Assembly: GCA_001856825.1 (NCBI GenBank)
Contig: ATMD01000001.1
Span: forward strand, 114,581-178,580
Direction of reading: 5' to 3'
DNA from: Thermoplasmatales archaeon I-plasma
GTDB lineage: Archaea > Thermoplasmatota > Thermoplasmata > Thermoplasmatales > GCA-001856825
Length of the DNA stretch: 64,000 nt
In this document: piece after piece, positions 62,214 through 64,000 of the stretch
Numbering within the stretch: position 1 is the stretch's first letter
Layout of the letters: every line of letters begins with the position of its first letter
Notes under the pieces: model-generated
Database searches by the model: none
Told to the model about the DNA's origin: nothing
The model's input: the letters and a program-made list of their open reading frames with translations, nothing else
Translations under genes and position numbers: made by a program

Positions 62214-62228
62214 TTAGTACGATACTAA
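62214..62228. promoter_or_regulatory. Inverted repeat TTAGTA-CGA-TACTAA, candidate DtxR/MntR-family operator
   Basis: Perfect 6-3-6 inverted repeat between a TATA-like TTTAATA (62204-62210) and the GTG start at 62232. Confidence 0.65.
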
Positions 62229-62231
62229 TGA

Positions 62232-62654
62232 GTGGAATACAATACTAATACAGTGACCAGAAGGGAGAGGGATTGCCTGGTCATACTGGAGGAAGATTCG
62301 CGGGACGACTTCCCTGTGAGACTGCACGAGATTGCGCTAACGCTAAATGTGAAACCGCCTACTGCCCTGAACGTTGTGAGGAGGCTCGAAAGGAAGGGGC
62401 TTGCAGAATCCAGGGACGGAATGATCATCCTTACGGAATCAGGAGAAAAGGTGGCAAAGAGCATCCTCCTTGTTCACAGGACGTATGAGTCATTGCTCTG
62501 TCAGAGTGGTGTTCCTGCAAATTCTGCCTGCCAGGAAGCAGCAGAAGTGGATTACATAATACCGGAGGGAGATGCCAAGCTCATACTCAAGAAGATTGGA
62601 AATCCGAAAAAGTGCCCACATGGCAAGCCAATTCAGGAGGTTGACGAGGAATGA
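62232..62654 (+). CDS. DtxR/MntR family metal-dependent regulator
   Basis: IA..LNVKPPT, LT..G...A.....HR..E, GNP..CPHG.PI. Confidence 0.9.
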   Translation: MEYNTNTVTRRERDCLVILEEDSRDDFPVRLHEIALTLNVKPPTALNVVRRLERKGLAESRDGMIILTESGEKVAKSILLVHRTYESLLCQSGVPANSACQEAAEVDYIIPEGDAKLILKKIGNPKKCPHGKPIQEVDEE

Positions 62655-63577
62655 TCAATCTGCTAACAATTCTCAATCCTCCTGCAGGCATGTCCGTCTA
62701 TCTCATACTGCTGATCGCCATAATTCTAGGGATACTGCACGGAATAACGCCTGATGAGCACACGTGGCCAATTACGTTCAGCTACTCCGTAGGAAGCTAT
62801 AGCACGCGGGGAGGCATGAAGAGTGGTTTCACTTTTTCTGCAGGTTTCACCATACAGAGGGCAATACTGACGTCCCTAGGGTTTATTGGTCTTGCGGCCA
62901 TATACGAGAAATACGACCTGAACGGGTACGTCTACGTGATCGTCGGTTTCGTGATGTTCATAGTTGGGTACTATCTGATAAAGGGAACTGACCTGCACGT
63001 ACCGCTGGACAGGCTGTTCGGCGGTATCGCCCACCACTCAACGAAGGCGGAGAGGATGCCAATGCAGGAGGTAGAAAATACAGTGAAGCCTATTCCCATG
63101 AGGATGGCGCTTGTTCATGGATTCGTCGCAGGATGGGGCTTCGGTGGCTTTTCGACAATAATCACGTTCATCCTTGCGCCCCAGATGCCCAATATATACT
63201 ATGCCGCGCTTGTGGGTGCATTTTTCGGGCTGGGAACCATGATGATGCAGATAGTTCTAGGAGCGGTATTCGCGAACATTATGAAGGTCAAGAAGCTCAC
63301 CGCAAACCAGATAAAGTATGTTGGCAGGTCCACTGCTGCAAGGACGCTCTTTCTTGGAGGGCTTGCATTTGCTATAATGGGGGCATTTGTGATATCCTTT
63401 CCCATACTGGATTCCCTTTCACTGAGTACTGGGAACCCCATCCCGAATCTGAACTCAATCGGAGTTGAAACGGTCCTTGTCATCCTTGTGGTGGGTGTTA
63501 TAGGCATCTGGAGCCTTCTCAGGGGGTACAGGGAAATTGTTGGTTCACGAAGGCATGATGTTCCGGAAGGAAAGTGA
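62651..63577 (+). CDS. NiCoT/RcnA/UreH-like metal permease
   Basis: G.LHG..PDEH motif, His patch, F.LGT..MQ, multiple TM segments; ATGA overlap with the regulator. Confidence 0.7.
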   Translation: MINLLTILNPPAGMSVYLILLIAIILGILHGITPDEHTWPITFSYSVGSYSTRGGMKSGFTFSAGFTIQRAILTSLGFIGLAAIYEKYDLNGYVYVIVGFVMFIVGYYLIKGTDLHVPLDRLFGGIAHHSTKAERMPMQEVENTVKPIPMRMALVHGFVAGWGFGGFSTIITFILAPQMPNIYYAALVGAFFGLGTMMMQIVLGAVFANIMKVKKLTANQIKYVGRSTAARTLFLGGLAFAIMGAFVISFPILDSLSLSTGNPIPNLNSIGVETVLVILVVGVIGIWSLLRGYREIVGSRRHDVPEGK

Positions 63578-63771
63578 AACATAAATTCTATATTATTTTC
63601 TATCATCTTTAATTTCAAAAAATTTTTCAAACTACACGTTGCAACGACGGGAACATTTTCTTTCGATTATAGATAAATGAGAATCATTGATGCAATGGGG
63701 AAAGCGTATTTTCGGCATCGGTAGAATTTTCCATCGGCAAGTATTTTATACGAGGTCCGATTCGAACCTGA

Positions 63772-64000
63772 ATGCAGGCATCCCCTACCATATCAAAAGT
63801 ACTTGTCGTTGGCCCAAAAGGTTCAGGAAAGACAAGTCTGCTTTGCAGGATGATATATGATTCTTTGGAGGAGTGCCACACGATGCCTGGGCAGTTCATG
63901 AAATTCAGCTTCACAAGAGGGGATGGCGATACAATTTCATTCCTTTTCAAGGAAGTAAACAATCTTCCAACTTCAGAGAAGAAATCAGCGTACATTCTCA
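63772..64000 (+). CDS. Small-GTPase-like P-loop protein, N-terminal part (partial; absent from the ORF track)
   Basis: MQASPTISKVLVVGPKGSGKTSLLCRMI...; frame is open to the window end. Confidence 0.75.
   Translation, partial: MQASPTISKVLVVGPKGSGKTSLLCRMIYDSLEECHTMPGQFMKFSFTRGDGDTISFLFKEVNNLPTSEKKSAYIL

Noticed and set aside
63637..63646. Palindrome CGTTGCAACG
   Set aside because: A 10-bp palindrome is expected by chance in 64 kb and it is not positioned at an evident promoter

Overview
This is a gene-dense archaeal chromosomal window, most likely Thermoplasmata/Thermoplasmatales. The basis is Thermoplasma-type DnaK, XPB-Bax1, XPD, CarS, geranylgeranyl reductase, Sm-L37e and archaeal LeuRS/GlyRS. 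It holds about 62 CDS and three intronless tRNAs: Ala-GGC, His-GTG and Glu-TTC. Core blocks are grpE-dnaK-dnaJ, CBS-glyS, mtaP-betaCASP-wHTH/PBP-xpd, lsm-rpl37e-purF, porG-D-A-B-iorA-B-panE and pdaD-leuS. An accessory-looking, more A/T-rich segment (about 11-28 kb) starts at tRNA-Ala and carries DNA-repair and oxidative-stress genes: xpb, bax1, a degenerate-REase/KaiC fusion, DUF72, a Zn-domain-less Ada, katG/PerR-like and MarR/radical SAM. I saw no CRISPR array, integrase or transposase. Two genes carry single-base homopolymer insertions that look like assembly errors. The best candidates for undescribed biology are (i) the XPB-Bax1-[REase-like/KaiC]-DUF72-Ada cluster, (ii) a structured, internally repeated ~200-nt intergenic segment at 33.75-33.95 kb that may be an ncRNA, (iii) several catalytically degenerate sensor-like proteins, and (iv) a DtxR-like regulator with altered metal ligands and a visible operator. 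All family assignments come from recognising motifs by eye; no searches were run.
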